Shown: piece by piece, positions 23,801-35,350 of the stretch
How positions within the stretch are numbered: the stretch's first letter is position 1
How the letters are laid out: each line of letters starts with the position of its first letter
From: Camelus dromedarius
Lineage: Eukaryota
Length of the DNA stretch: 64,000 nucleotides
Assembly (NCBI RefSeq): GCF_036321535.1
Contig: NC_087447.1
Location: 36,148,001-36,212,000 of the forward strand
Reading direction: 5' to 3'
Position numbers and translations under genes: made by a program
Notes under the pieces: generated by a model
Databases searched by the model: none
What the model was told of the DNA's origin: nothing
What the model saw: the letters and a program-made list of their open reading frames with translations, nothing else

Positions 23801-25679
23801 AGGGGGAAGGGCAAAGATGGCAGAGTAGGAAAACTCTGAGCTCCCCTCCTCCCACGGGCACAGTAAATTACAACTATTTACACAGCAATTATTGATGAGA
23901 AAGGTCTCAAGTCTAGCAGAAAAGTTCTTCTACAACTAAAGATATGAAGAAGGAACAAGACAGGTAGGAGGGGTGGAGACATGGTGTAGTCAAGACCCTC
24001 AGGTGGGTGGCTCACAAATGGGAGGATAATTACAGCTGTGGAGGTTCTCCCCAGGGAGTGAGGGGTTGGAGCCCCAGGGCATCAGGGTCTCCAGCCTAAG
24101 GGTCCTGCCCTCTTCCTGCACCAGGAAGACAAGCTCCTAAAACATTTGGCTTTGAAGGCCAGCAGGGCTTACTTTTAGAAGAGCCAGAGGGCTGTGGGAA
24201 ATAGAGACTCCACTCTTAAAAGGTTACACACAAAATCACACAAAGTTTGACAGAAAGGCAAAAGCTAAAAAGAGTTTAGTGCCGTGAGTTTAGCTCTGCA
24301 AGAAATGTTAAAGGGACTTCTCTTGGCAGTAAAGACAAGATCACAACTAGAAATATGAAAAGTAAGAGAGGAAAAATCTCATTTGTAAAGGCAAATATAC
24401 AGTAAAGATAGTAAATTAACCAAGTATAAAGCTAGAGTAAGGTTAAAAGACAAAAGTAGTAACATCTATTTCCACAGTAATTAGTTAAGAGATACACAAA
24501 ACAAAAAGATGTAAAATATGATGTCAAAAATGTTAAACGTGGGGTGTAGTAGTGAAGTAAAAATGCAGGTTTGTTAAAATGCATTAAAAGTTAAGAGATC
24601 AGCACTTTAAAATAATCACATATATATGAAGATTGCTATATATGAATCTCATAGTAACCACAAACCAAATGTCTATAATAGATACACACACACACACACA
24701 CACACGAGAAGGGAATCCAAACAACACTAAGAATAGTCATCAAATCACAAGGGAAGGGAGCAAAAGAAGAAGAAAGGAACAAAAAAGAACTACAAAAACA
24801 ACCCCCAAATCAACAAAATGGCACTAAGTATATACCACTCCTGGGTATTTACCCCCAAAAATAAAAGCACTAATTAGAAAAGATACATGCACCCCTATGT
24901 TCACTGCAGCATTATTTACAATAGCCAAGATATGGCAGCAACCCAAGTACCCATCAATAGATGACTGAATAAAGATGTGTATATACATACAATGCAATAT
25001 TACTCAGCCATAAAAAGGAATGAAATCTTGCCATTATTGACCACATGGATGGACCTATAGGGTATTATTTTAAATGAAATAAGTCAGACAGGGAAAGACA
25101 AATCCTATGTGATTTCACTTATATGGGGAATCTGAAAAACAAAACAAATGAACAAATAAAACAAAACAAACAGTTATAGATACATAGAACAAACAGGTGG
25201 TTGCCAGAGCGGAGGGGAGCAGAGGAGGAGAGAAATAAGTGAGGGAGATTAAGAGGTACATATTTCCAGTTGCAAAATAAATGAGTCATGGATATGAAAT
25301 GTACAGTATACAGAATATAGCCATTAACTATGTAATATCTTTGTATGGTGACAGATGGTAACTAGACTTATTGTGGTGATCATTTTGAAATGTGTAGAAA
25401 TATTGAATCACTATATTGTACAACAGGAACGAACATAGTGCTGTAGGTCATTTATACTTTAAAAACAAACAAACAGACTCATAGAAGAGATCAGATTTGT
25501 GTTTAGCAGAAGTGGGTGATGGGAGGAAGCGGAATTGGATGAAGGAATCAAAAGGTACAATGGTCACTAAACTTATTGCAGCAATCACTTCATGATGCAT
25601 GTAAGTCAAATCATTATGCCTTAAACTTGTATAGTGCTATGTGTCAATTATATTTTAATAAAACTGGAAGAAAGAAAAG
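23801..25679 (+). mobile_element. LINE-1 with both termini and two large internal deletions
   Basis: 5' end GGGGG...AAGATGGC; degenerate ORF1 C-terminus from ~24242; inter-ORF spacer; ORF2 ATG 24818; ORF2 3' end from ~24837; 3' UTR with AATAAA 25657-25662; TSD GAAAAAGCTAAAAC 23787-23800 / GAAAAAGCTAGAGC 25680-25693. Confidence 0.75.
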
Positions 25680-25692
25680 GAAAAAGCTAGAG

Positions 25693-26186
25693 CTGCACTG
25701 TCCAATTAAAATATGTGAACCACAAAGGTGAGCCAATATATATGTAACTTTATACGTAACTTTAAATTTTGTAGTAACCACTATTTTAACAATATATTTT
25801 ACATAACCCAATATACCCAAAATATTATTTCAACATGTAATCCCTATAAACAATTATATTATTATTTTTTTTTATGAATGAGGTATTTTAGATTTTTCAT
25901 ACTAAGTCTTGAAAATCTGCTGTGTACTAGGGGGGAAGGGTATAGCTCAGTGGTAGAGTACATGCTTAGCATGCATGAGGTCCTGGTTTCAATCCCCAGT
26001 ACCTCCATTAAAAAAAAAAAAAGTTAAATAAATAGCCTACTTACCTTCCCCCCTCCAAAGAAAAAATTAAATAAATAAATAACGAAAATCTGCTGTGTAC
26101 TTTACACTTAGGGCACATATCAAATTTAGACAGTGCAGGCTAGCCATAATTCATGTGGTCAATGCCTACTGTTTGGGGTAGTACAG
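25693..26186. mobile_element. MER33-like hAT-Charlie DNA transposon, split by a SINE
   Basis: Starts CTGCACTGTCCAAT and contains aacccaatatacccaaaatattat and catactaagtcttgaaaatc; 8-bp TSD AGCTAGAG 25685-25692 / AGCTAGAA 26187-26194. Confidence 0.75.
25929..26083 (+). mobile_element. Camelid tRNA-derived SINE (vic-1-like)
   Basis: GGGGGGAAGGGTATAGCTCAGTGGTAGAGTACATGCTTAGCATGCATGAGGTCC...; perfect 18-bp TSD GAAAATCTGCTGTGTACT at 25911-25928 and 26084-26101. Confidence 0.9.
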
Positions 26187-26849
26187 AGCTAGAATATATA
26201 ATATAAATATTTTTGCTAATAATTCATTGGATTATATTACTAGTACTTGCAAGAATTTCTAAATCTTATAAGGACAATTATAATGCATGCATTGTTTTTA
26301 TGGTTGTTTTTACATTTACAGGTTTAACTTTGAAACAAAGTTGTTACAGGATTGGCTATCTCTCAGTAAAGCTTTGTAGTTTCCATCACATAGGTTTTAT
26401 ACATCTGTTTTGCATATACTTTTTCATTAGGGTTATTCCTAAATTGTTTATGTGTTTGCTACTGTTATAATGGGGAGAATTCAACAGGTTATTAAACTAT
26501 TAATTTTGTAATATCATCTTGGTCTTGAATTCCCTTATTAATTCTAAGCGTTTAGGGTTGTTCTCCATGTTTTAAGGCATTATGCCATATTATCTGCAAA
26601 TAAAGGTAATTTTATTTCTTTCCCAATACTTAAATCTTTTATTTCTGTTTTGGGTTTGATTGTATTGGTAAGAAATTCTGAAACAACATTAAATAATAGC
26701 ATTACCATAGGTATGTTTGTTCTTTTTAAAAAATGTTTATTGTAATGAGCATGTCTTTAAATATTTCATTGTTAAAGAATGTTTGTATATGTCTCAGAAG
26801 TATACTCTCAATAGAAACATATGGTTATCTGTAATTTTCTGGCACATTT

Positions 26850-27680
26850 CTTAAACTTTTTATTTTGAGATAATTGTATATTGCAAACAAGTTTGCAAAG
26901 ACAGTAAAGAGGTCTCTATTTACCCTCCACCCAGTTCACCAGTGGTTACATCTTACGTAACTATAGGACAATATCAAAATTAGAAAAGTGTGTGTGTTTG
27001 TATCATTCTATAGTCTACAGAATACAGACTATATCATTCCATAGTCATTTTATTGATTTGTATAACGACTATTGCAATCAAGATAGAGAACTATTTTATC
27101 ACTACGAAAATCTTCCTCATGCTGTTCCTTTACCCACATCTTTCCCCTTCCCACCACCATCTTTCCCCTTCCATCCCTTACCCTGGCAACCACTGATCAG
27201 TTTTCCATCCTCATAATTTTTAAAATTTGAGAATGTCATGAAATCATATAATATGTGACTTTATTAGATTGGCTTTTTTCATTCAGTATAATAATTTGAG
27301 ATCCATTCAAGCTGTTGTATGTATCAGTAGTTTGTTCCTTTTTATTACCAGAAAGTATTCCATGGTATAGATGAACCACCATTTATTAAGCCATTCTACT
27401 ACTGTAGGACATTTTGTTTGTTTCCAGTTTTGGGCTATTATAAAAAGCTGCTATGAACAGTCATGTACACGTTTTTATGTAGATATGTTTCATTTCTCTG
27501 GGACAAATGTCCATGAGTGAGACTGCTGGACATGTGGTAAGTAAATGTTAAGTTTTTTAGGAAATTGCCAAACTGTTTTCCAGGATGGCTATACTATTTC
27601 ACATTCCATTAGCAATGTGTGAGAGAGACAGTTTCTCTGTACACTCATCAGCATTTGATATTATCATTGTTTTAAATTTT
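26850..27680 (-). mobile_element. Old LINE-1 3' region (L1MB/MC-like), antisense
   Basis: ttttattttgagataattgta...cctggcaaccactgatc...gttgtatgtatcagtagtttgttcctttttatt...gccaaactgttttcca. Confidence 0.75.
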
Positions 27681-28549
27681 AGATTTGAAAATGATTTTAC
27701 TTTTATTATTTTTTGTGATATTATAAAAATTTATTATAAACATAGAAAATATGTTAAGTATCTGTCACTGAACAAAAAATCAAAACAAATTATTTTGTAA
27801 AGAATAAAAGAGAAAAATACAGTGACTACTAGAAAGTCTTTCCAAAATTAAAAATTTCCTTCCCAATATACTCTTTTTTAAAATTATTGAAGTATAGTCA
27901 ATTTATAATATTGTAGATTCTAACATAATTTTAAAAATGATGGCTTTCTCAAATACATCTTTTGGCATTTATTGAGATAATTTCAGGTATTTCATATTGG
28001 ATCTCTTGATGAATTGTATTTTATCTGTAAGTATACACATGTATTTTCGCCTCAACATTGCATTTTATTTTGGGGAGAGGGCAGGAGGAGTATGGGGGAG
28101 AAAGCAAGGTCCCACTGGAGTCCCTTAAGTGTATGAAACTAGTAGTACAGGGATGAGCTGAGATGACCAGGCAGATTACATGGAAGGCCCCCAAGATTCT
28201 TCTTTCTACTGATTTCTATACTCTAATGAAAACATGACATATGTAAGTGCCTAGTGCATGGTATTCAATAAATGTCAGTTGCCTTTTCTAGCATGGTTCT
28301 CCACAGGATAGGCTGTACTTAGGTATTATCATCCTTCTCCTTTCAGGGAATGAGGCTCACCTAGAGAACTAGGCAACTAAACGTGCAGTACAGTGTGGGT
28401 AATGCAGTTGGCTGGCTCAGTGCAGTCTGTTTCCCCACCCTCTCTACTTCACTGTGCCAGGGAGGGACAAAGAGTAGTTTCCCCAGTGGCTGCCCAGGGT
28501 CCTAGCCAGCTTGTCTTAGCAGATTCCATGTGGAGGGCTGTGGGCTGCA

Positions 28550-29180
28550 GACTCAACTGTATAATGTTGAATATAGTTCCCTGTGCTATACAGTAGAAAC
28601 TTGTTTATCTATTTTATATATAGTAGATACTATCTGCTAATCTTGAACTCTCAATTTATCCCTTCCCACTCCTTTTATCCCCTGGTAACCGTAAGTTTGT
28701 TTCCTATGTCTGTGAGTCTGTTTCTGTTTTGTAAATAAGTTCATGTGTCTTTTTTTTCTAGATCCCACATATGAATGATAATCATATGGTGTTTTTCTCT
28801 TTCTGGCTTATTTCACTTAGAATGACGATCTCCAGGTCTATTCATGTTGCTCAAATGGCATTATTTGATTCTTTTTTATGGCTGAGTAGTATTCCATTGT
28901 ATAAATATACCACTACTTCTTTATCTAGTCATCTGTTGATGGACATTTAGGTTGTTTCCATGTCTTGGCTATTGTAAATAGCGTTGCTATGAACATTGGG
29001 GCGCATGTATCTTTTCAAATTAGAGTTCCCTCCAGATATATGCCCATGAGTGGGATTGCTGGATCATATGGCAAGTCTATTTCTAATTTTTTAAGGAATC
29101 TCCATACTGTTTTCCATAATGACTGCACCAAACTACATTCCCACCAGCAGTGTAGGAGGGTTCCCTTTTCTCCACACCCT
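28550..29180 (-). mobile_element. LINE-1 ORF2 end plus 3' UTR, antisense, relatively well preserved
   Basis: gaatatagttccctgtgctatacagtag...ggctgagtagtattccattgt...gggattgctggatcatatgg...cccttttctccacaccct. Confidence 0.85.
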
Positions 29181-30273
29181 TGAAGAAGGTCTCTTTGAGC
29201 TCATTTGGTGACCTATGAGCTTCATGAACTTGGATATCCAAATCTCTTCCCAGATTTGCAAAGTTCTCTGCCATTTTCTTTAAATAAGCTTTCTGCCTAC
29301 TTCTCCCTCTGGAACTCCAATAATTCACAAATTATTTCTTTTGATGGTATCCTACAGATCATGTGAGCTTTCTTCATTTTTTTTCATTCTTTTTTCTTTG
29401 TTCTCTTCTGATTCAATAATTTCAAAATTCCTACTTTCTAACTCACAAACTCTTTCTTCTTCTTGATCCATTCTGATGTTGATGCTCTTTTGCATTTTTA
29501 AAAATTTCACTCACTGTATTCTTACCTCCAGAATTTGTTTTTTTTTGTTTCTAATGTACATTATAATTCAATAGCTGTACACACTACAAAGTGATTACCT
29601 ATTTAATTATTTTTTATGATTTCTGTCTCTCTGCTGAACTTCTCATTTTGTTAATATATTGTTCTCCTGATTTCAATGAATTGCCCTTCTGAATTTTCTT
29701 GCAGCTCATTGTTTCCTTAAAACAGCATTTTGAATTATTTATTGGATAAATTGCATATCTCCATGTCTTTAGGAGTGGTTACTGGAAGGTTACTGTAATC
29801 CTTTAGTGGTATCATGTTTTACTGATTTTTCATGTTCCTTGAAGTTTTGAGTTGCTGTCTTTGCATTTGAAAGAGCAGTGCTCTCTTCCAGTTTTTATTA
29901 ACTGCCCTCTTCAGTGCATCCAAACTTGTATTTTTTTGCTCCAGTGGTGTGCTGGGACTTCACACCAAACCTGGACTTCCACAAAGACCCTCTTGTCTGT
30001 GGGTGACTTTCTAAGACAGTGTTTTCCAGGGCTCCTGCACCAAGTCTGAGAGGGGCTGAAGCTGGTTCATGGGCCCCTTAGGGTCCACAGCTGGGACCCA
30101 AGTCTGTATACCTAATTGTCTGAAGCATGTGTGGGTGAGATCTCCCCCTGGGTCCCTTGGCACATGGCGCTGGATCCCACAGTTCCCACAAAAGCACTCT
30201 TGTCCCTGGATGGATGCCATATTGTTGTTGAAGAGGGAACACAAATGAAGGGTATCTTGTTCAGCTATGATGC
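29181..30273 (-). mobile_element. LINE-1 5' UTR/ORF1 portion, antisense
   Basis: The minus-strand translation in the ORF track includes MAENFANLGRDLDIQVHEAHRSP, an L1 ORF1p motif. Confidence 0.7.
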
Positions 30274-31989
30274 ACCCTATGTGTTAATAGCAGCATACCA
30301 CATACACAGTTCTACATTTTGCATTTCACTTAATATCTCAGAGATTATTCTATATCAGTACATAGAGATCTAGCTCATTCTTTTTAACAGCTGCATAGCA
30401 TCCCACTGTAGGAGTATGACGTAATTTAACTCATTTTTAAAACTGAGGAGTAACTGACGTATAACATTATTTTAGTTCCAGGCATACAACACAATGATTC
30501 AGTATTGTATATATTGCAAAATATCAGCACAATAATAATAGTCTAGTTAACATCCATCACCACATAAACCCATTCTTTTGGGATAGATACTTAGGTTGTT
30601 TTTCATCTTTTATAACTATTGACAGTGCTGCAGTGAATACTCTAGTACACATATGTTTCTGTGCCCCTGTGTAAGCATTAACGTAGGATAAATTTCTAGT
30701 AGTGGAATTGCTAGGTCAAAAGAGACATGCATTTAAATTGTAATAGCTGTTGCCAAATTGCCTTCAAAGAGACAACCATCTTATAGTCCTACCAACAGTG
30801 AACAAGAATGTCTTTCCCTACGATGTGCATTTCTGCCAATGTGATAATAAAAAACAGTATCTTACCTTAATTTTAATCTGCATTTCTCCTATTACGAGGG
30901 AGTTGACTATTTTTTCATTTGTTTCAAAGCCACTTGCATTACTTTTCTGTGAACTGTGTGTTCATGTCCTTTGCCCATTTAATGCATTCTTTTAAATTAA
31001 TGTTTAACAACAAAGACACTACTTTTCCCTTGTCATTTGCTCAAGAATTTCGTCAAAGGCAGGAGGCCCTCTCAAGCAGGTTTCAAGGTCCTCCACAATC
31101 ATACCAACTCTCTCTTTCTAACTCATATCAGCCCCATTCCCCAATACACTGTGTGTTCCCAAGGAAGGGCACCTTTATGGTCTCCTTAACATCCCATACC
31201 CCTCCCACAATCCCGTGTTTGCTCTCCCATCCCTCCCTTCTCAGGTGCTCTCTTCCCACTCAAATCTGACCAGTCCTTCAGTATCCAACTGAATTCCACC
31301 TGTCTGGGGTGCCTTTCTGAATCTAGCCTACAGTCTCACTTTCCCCCTCAAAGGCTGGGGCTGACATCTCCCAGAGCCCAGCTTCGTCTCTGTCCATGCT
31401 CAGTGTGCAGGGCTGTCAGTGTGGAGTGTGTTTCATGCACTCGTCCAGCATTTATTGACTGCATACATGAGTTTGGCGCTATTCCAGGCACTGGGGATAC
31501 GGCTGTGTATGAGACAGACCACGGCCCTTCTTCACATCCAGCTGACATTTTACTGGTGTGTGTGTTAATATACAACAAGAAGGCAATTAAAAAAACCACA
31601 AATAATAATGTCAAAGTGCACACATGTAAAGAAATAGATAGTAAGTGGAGGACGGGAATGGTCTCCTTTGGACAGTGAGGTCAGGGTAGGGATCCTCCAG
31701 AGGCTGAGACAAGAGCAGAGACCTGAATATGAGAAGGCAACAGCCATGTAAAGAAGCTTCCAGAGCTTCTTTAGAGGCCCCACCTGTAGGGTCTGTTCTT
31801 CTAAAGATGGATGAGATGCAGCTCAGCTCTCAGCACCTCTCTGTCACTTGACAGGAATTAGAGGCAGAAGCCTTTGATTCCTGCCACTTCAGGGCTGTGT
31901 GTCTGTGTGTCGGGGAAGGACCTGCGCCCTCCTGCTTCACATGCCAGGTGCAAACTTGGGAAAATGAAATCACGCCAGACCTGGGGTTA

Positions 31990-32145
31990 GTAAGAGCACC
32001 TACTACGTGCCAGGGTCCAGTTAAGCACTTTACACCATTTCTATCCCACTTAATCTACAGAATAATCCCGTATAGTATTTATTACTAACTTCGTTTTACA
32101 GAAAAAGAAACCGAGGCTCGGAATATGGAAGTAACCTGTTTAGGT
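31990..32145 (-). mobile_element. MIR SINE
   Basis: gagcacctactacgtgccagg...ttttacagaaaaagaaaccgaggctc antisense MIR core. Confidence 0.65.
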
Positions 32146-32586
32146 TATTAGAAAGTACAGTTCCGGGAGAGAGCTATGTCGTGGGGGTCCGGTGGGGTTT
32201 ACCGACTCATTCGGGGAGCACCATGTTTCAGGAGTTTGCCCGCTGCGCCCCGAAGATGGCCCCCGCCCCTCTCGAGCCTCGGGGCCTCAGGGGCCAAGGG
32301 GCGCGCGGCGGGCTGGGGGCGGGGTAGGCGCGGGGACAAAGGCCGCGGCGACCGCGCTCCGGCGGGCCGGTGCGGCGGCGAACTCCGGCGGCGGCGCCGG
32401 GACTCCGCACGCCCGGGACCCGGCCGTGCACCCGCGTCCGGAGGAGTCCGCGCCGTGATAGAGCGCCCCGGGACGCCGCTGGGGCCCGCGCAGGCTGAGC
32501 CCGCCGGCCCGCCGCCCGCACCGCCCCCTCCCCCGCCTTCTCCCTCCCGCCCCGCGGCGGCCGCGGCGGCTCCGTGCGCGGCGAAC

Positions 32587-32672
32587 ATGGCGGCGGCGGC
32601 GGTCGGGCGGGACACTTTACCTGAGCACTGGTCCTACGGCGTGTGCCGGGACGGCCGCGTCTTCTTCATCAA
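32587..32672 (+). CDS. PLEKHA7: PLEKHA7 coding exon 1 (start of WW1)
   Basis: gcgaacATGG; MAAAAVGRDTLPEHWSYGVCRDGRVFFI(N); donor GTGCGG; 86 nt. Confidence 0.95.
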
Positions 32673-32788
32673 GTGCGGCGCGGGAAAGCGGGGACGCGGG
32701 CTAGGGCGTGGGCCGGGCAGGGGTGTGGGGCCGGGCGGGCGCCCCCGGAGCGGCGGCGGCGCTAACAGGTGCACCTCTCTCCCCGCAG

Positions 32789-32865
32789 TGACCAGCTCCG
32801 CTGCACGACCTGGCTGCACCCGCGCACCGGGGAGCCCGTCAACTCCGGCCACATGATCCGCTCAG
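32789..32865 (+). CDS. PLEKHA7: PLEKHA7 exon 2 (end of WW1)
   Basis: Branch-point-like GCTAAC 32761-32766; acceptor ctctctccccgcag; DQLRCTTWLHPRTGEPVNSGHMIRS; donor GTGGGC; 77 nt. Confidence 0.95.
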
Positions 32866-32953
32866 GTGGGCGCGGGGCGGGCGGGATGGGGCGTTCTGGG
32901 GGCGCGCGCCTGAGCGGCCCAAGTTTGACTGGACTTTCCTCGCGTTTCCGCAG

Positions 32954-33011
32954 ACCTGCCCCGCGGCTGGGAGGAAGGCTTCACAGAGGAGGGCGCCAGC
33001 TACTTCATCGA
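32954..33011 (+). CDS. PLEKHA7: PLEKHA7 exon 3 (WW2); the gene continues past the window
   Basis: Acceptor tttccgcag; (D)LPRGWEEGFTEEGASYFI(D); donor GTGAGT; 58 nt. I recognised no further PLEKHA7 exon up to 64000. Confidence 0.95.
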
Positions 33012-34329
33012 GTGAGTGACCCGGACTCCGCGACCGCACCTGTGCCCAGCGGTCCGACCCGGTTCCCGCCGCGCCCCCGCCCCGTTCCCTCTTTTCCCGC
33101 TCGGGTCCTGGCGCGTTGGCCCGCACTGCGTCGTCGCCGCGCTTCTGTAGCGGTGTTTTGTGCCTGAGTTGTGTGGCGGGCTCCAGTGGGTGCGCAGGGT
33201 GAGGGAGGGGCCTCATCGTCGTGGGGGAACCCGGGCGGGGGTCAGAATTCGGCCCGCTGCGGGAACTGCGCCCTGGACGCGGCGATTGGGCGGGATTTCG
33301 GCGCTGGTATGATGGGCCGGACACACCTCCGCCGCGGGGTCTCGGGCTGCGGGGAGCCTGGCGGGTGCCGGCACCGGGATGGGTGGGGTGGGGAGAGCAG
33401 AAGTAGGAGTTTCGTCAGGGGTCCGGTAACTAGGTTGGGGAGAGGGGAAAAGAAACAAAGCTTATCTCGTCTGGGGGACTTTAACTTCGGCCGCGTTCTC
33501 TGGGATGGTGGGGGGGAGTTGGAACCGCACCCCCAACTCCTATGTAGCGCGGGCCTGCGGGGGAGAGGTGGGGATGGGGAGGGCAACCAGTCAGCCAATA
33601 ACATTCCTCGAAGACTCCTTGTCTCTTCGGCTGGTGTTTTACAGGGACAGTCTCACCTCCACTAGTCAAGCAGTAGCTTTTCCGCAAAAGCCCGAGAGCA
33701 TCGCCCTACTCGTCAGGAACCCTAGACCTAGGTCTGTAGAAATGAAATTCAGGGACAGTAAGTTATAGCGCTGTGCTGACGCGAACACTGCTGTAGTCTC
33801 TACTTGCCTACTCCGGGCTTGTACCTGGGTTGCAGCGTTTCTCAGCAACCCTCTGCCTGCTGGCCGGTGAGCTCATGAGGTCAGAAACTGCTTTTGATCC
33901 TTTACCCCAGTGTCTGGCGCAGAGTAGGCAGAGAATGTTTGTTCACTGAATGAATAAACTAGCCAGAGGATGGATGGTGTTGTATTTTGGAGGACTGTGA
34001 GTCAGAATTACTTTCCTCAATAACTTGAAAAAAAAAAAAAAACAACCCACTGCTAGTCAGTATGGAGCAGCATATTCGAAGCTCAGATGGTCCTAGAAAA
34101 TCCCAGAGCCTCCCTCCCTAGTTTGGGCTCAGGCAGGATGGTTGAAGCCCTGATGGATGAGATTTATAGAAATGAGCCCTAGCACTGTGGCTGTGGTCCT
34201 GCTGTTGTGCCTCACATTGGTGTTTGAGAGAGAAGTTGGGGATCAGGCTGGGACCTCTCACCTCTCGGTCGGTGGCCCTCTCAGGCTCATAACTGCATCC
34301 GCTGATGTTTCTAAGATTTCTCCTGCATG

Positions 34330-35350
34330 CCACACATTGTTCTAGGCATTGGGACTACAGAATTGAATGAGGCAGACGCTGGTCTGGGTGCTCATGGAGT
34401 TGGCAATTGAGTAGAAGGGAGGGAGCAGAAAAATAAGCAAAAAAACCAAACAAGAGTAATGTCAGATAGTGATAACTACTATATGAAAATTAAAATAAAG
34501 TGATATGATACCAAGTAATTGGGCGGCTTGGTCAGATAAGGAGGTCAGTGATGGTGTTTCTGAATAGACGAACTTTTAAGGTAAAATTTGAATGACAAGA
34601 AGGAGCCATCCTTGTGTTGATGAGGTGGCAAAGCAGCTCCGGAAGAGGGAAACAGCCAATGCCTGGGCTTTAAGGCACCAAAGAGCTTCAAGTTTAAGGA
34701 ACGGAAAGGCCAGCGTGGCTGGAGTGCAGTGAACAAGGGAGAAAGTGGCAGAAGAGGTTACAGACAGGAGACAGCTGAATGCTGTAGGGCTTTGTGAACC
34801 AGGGTTAGGAGTTTTCAAACTTTATTCTAAGCTCCGTCAGAAGTCGCTGCAGGGTTTTGAAAGGGGAATGATGTGATCTGACTTGCATTTTTAGAATGGT
34901 CAGTCACTCTACCTGCTCTAGAGTGTTGGGCTGTAGGTGGGCAACTGTAGGGATAGTAGTAGGAGATTGTTGCAATATTCCAGGCACGAGTTAATGACAG
35001 CTTGACTGAGGTCATAGCACCTGAGATGGAGAGAAGTGGTCAGAATCCAGCTTGGTGATTAGGATGCAGCTTGTGAGAGAAAGAGAAGGGTCATAGATGA
35101 CTCCTAGGGGCTTGAGCACCTGAGTGGATGGTGCTCATATCATTGAAATGGGAAGGCTGGGAGGAGCAGGTTTGGGGTGGGGGAGAGCATGAGATCTTGT
35201 TTTGCCATGTTACATTTGAGATGTGAATGTATCCTAGTTAGATATATGAATCTGAAACCCAGGGGAGAGGACTGAAGAGGTACATTTGGGTATTATAGGT
35301 GTGATTCAGGGTCACAGGATTAGATGAAATCACCTGGGAAGAGAATGTAG
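34330..35350 (-). mobile_element. LINE-2, antisense, in PLEKHA7 intron 3
   Basis: ttctaggcattggga, ggccagcgtggctggagtgcagtga, gatgtgatctgacttgcattttt, gatgactcctagg. Confidence 0.7.

Larger units (their letters stand above)
32170..33560 (+). promoter_or_regulatory. PLEKHA7: PLEKHA7 CpG island / promoter
   Basis: Very high GC and CpG content with several GC boxes, spanning exons 1-3. Confidence 0.9.

Noticed and set aside
25929..26010. tRNA-Ala-like gene (also at the other three SINE copies)
   Set aside because: A-rich tails, TSDs and a broken acceptor stem mark these as SINEs, not tRNA genes.
28550..30273. Second internally deleted L1 (ORF1 part joined to ORF2 end)
   Set aside because: No shared TSD or poly(A) end found, and the halves look differently diverged; more likely two separate insertions.
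32176..32586. 137-codon in-frame upstream extension of PLEKHA7 from ATG 32176
   Set aside because: Low-complexity G/R/P/A sequence in an extremely GC-rich promoter, probably starting upstream of the TSS; ATG 32587 has good Kozak context and matches the known N-terminus.
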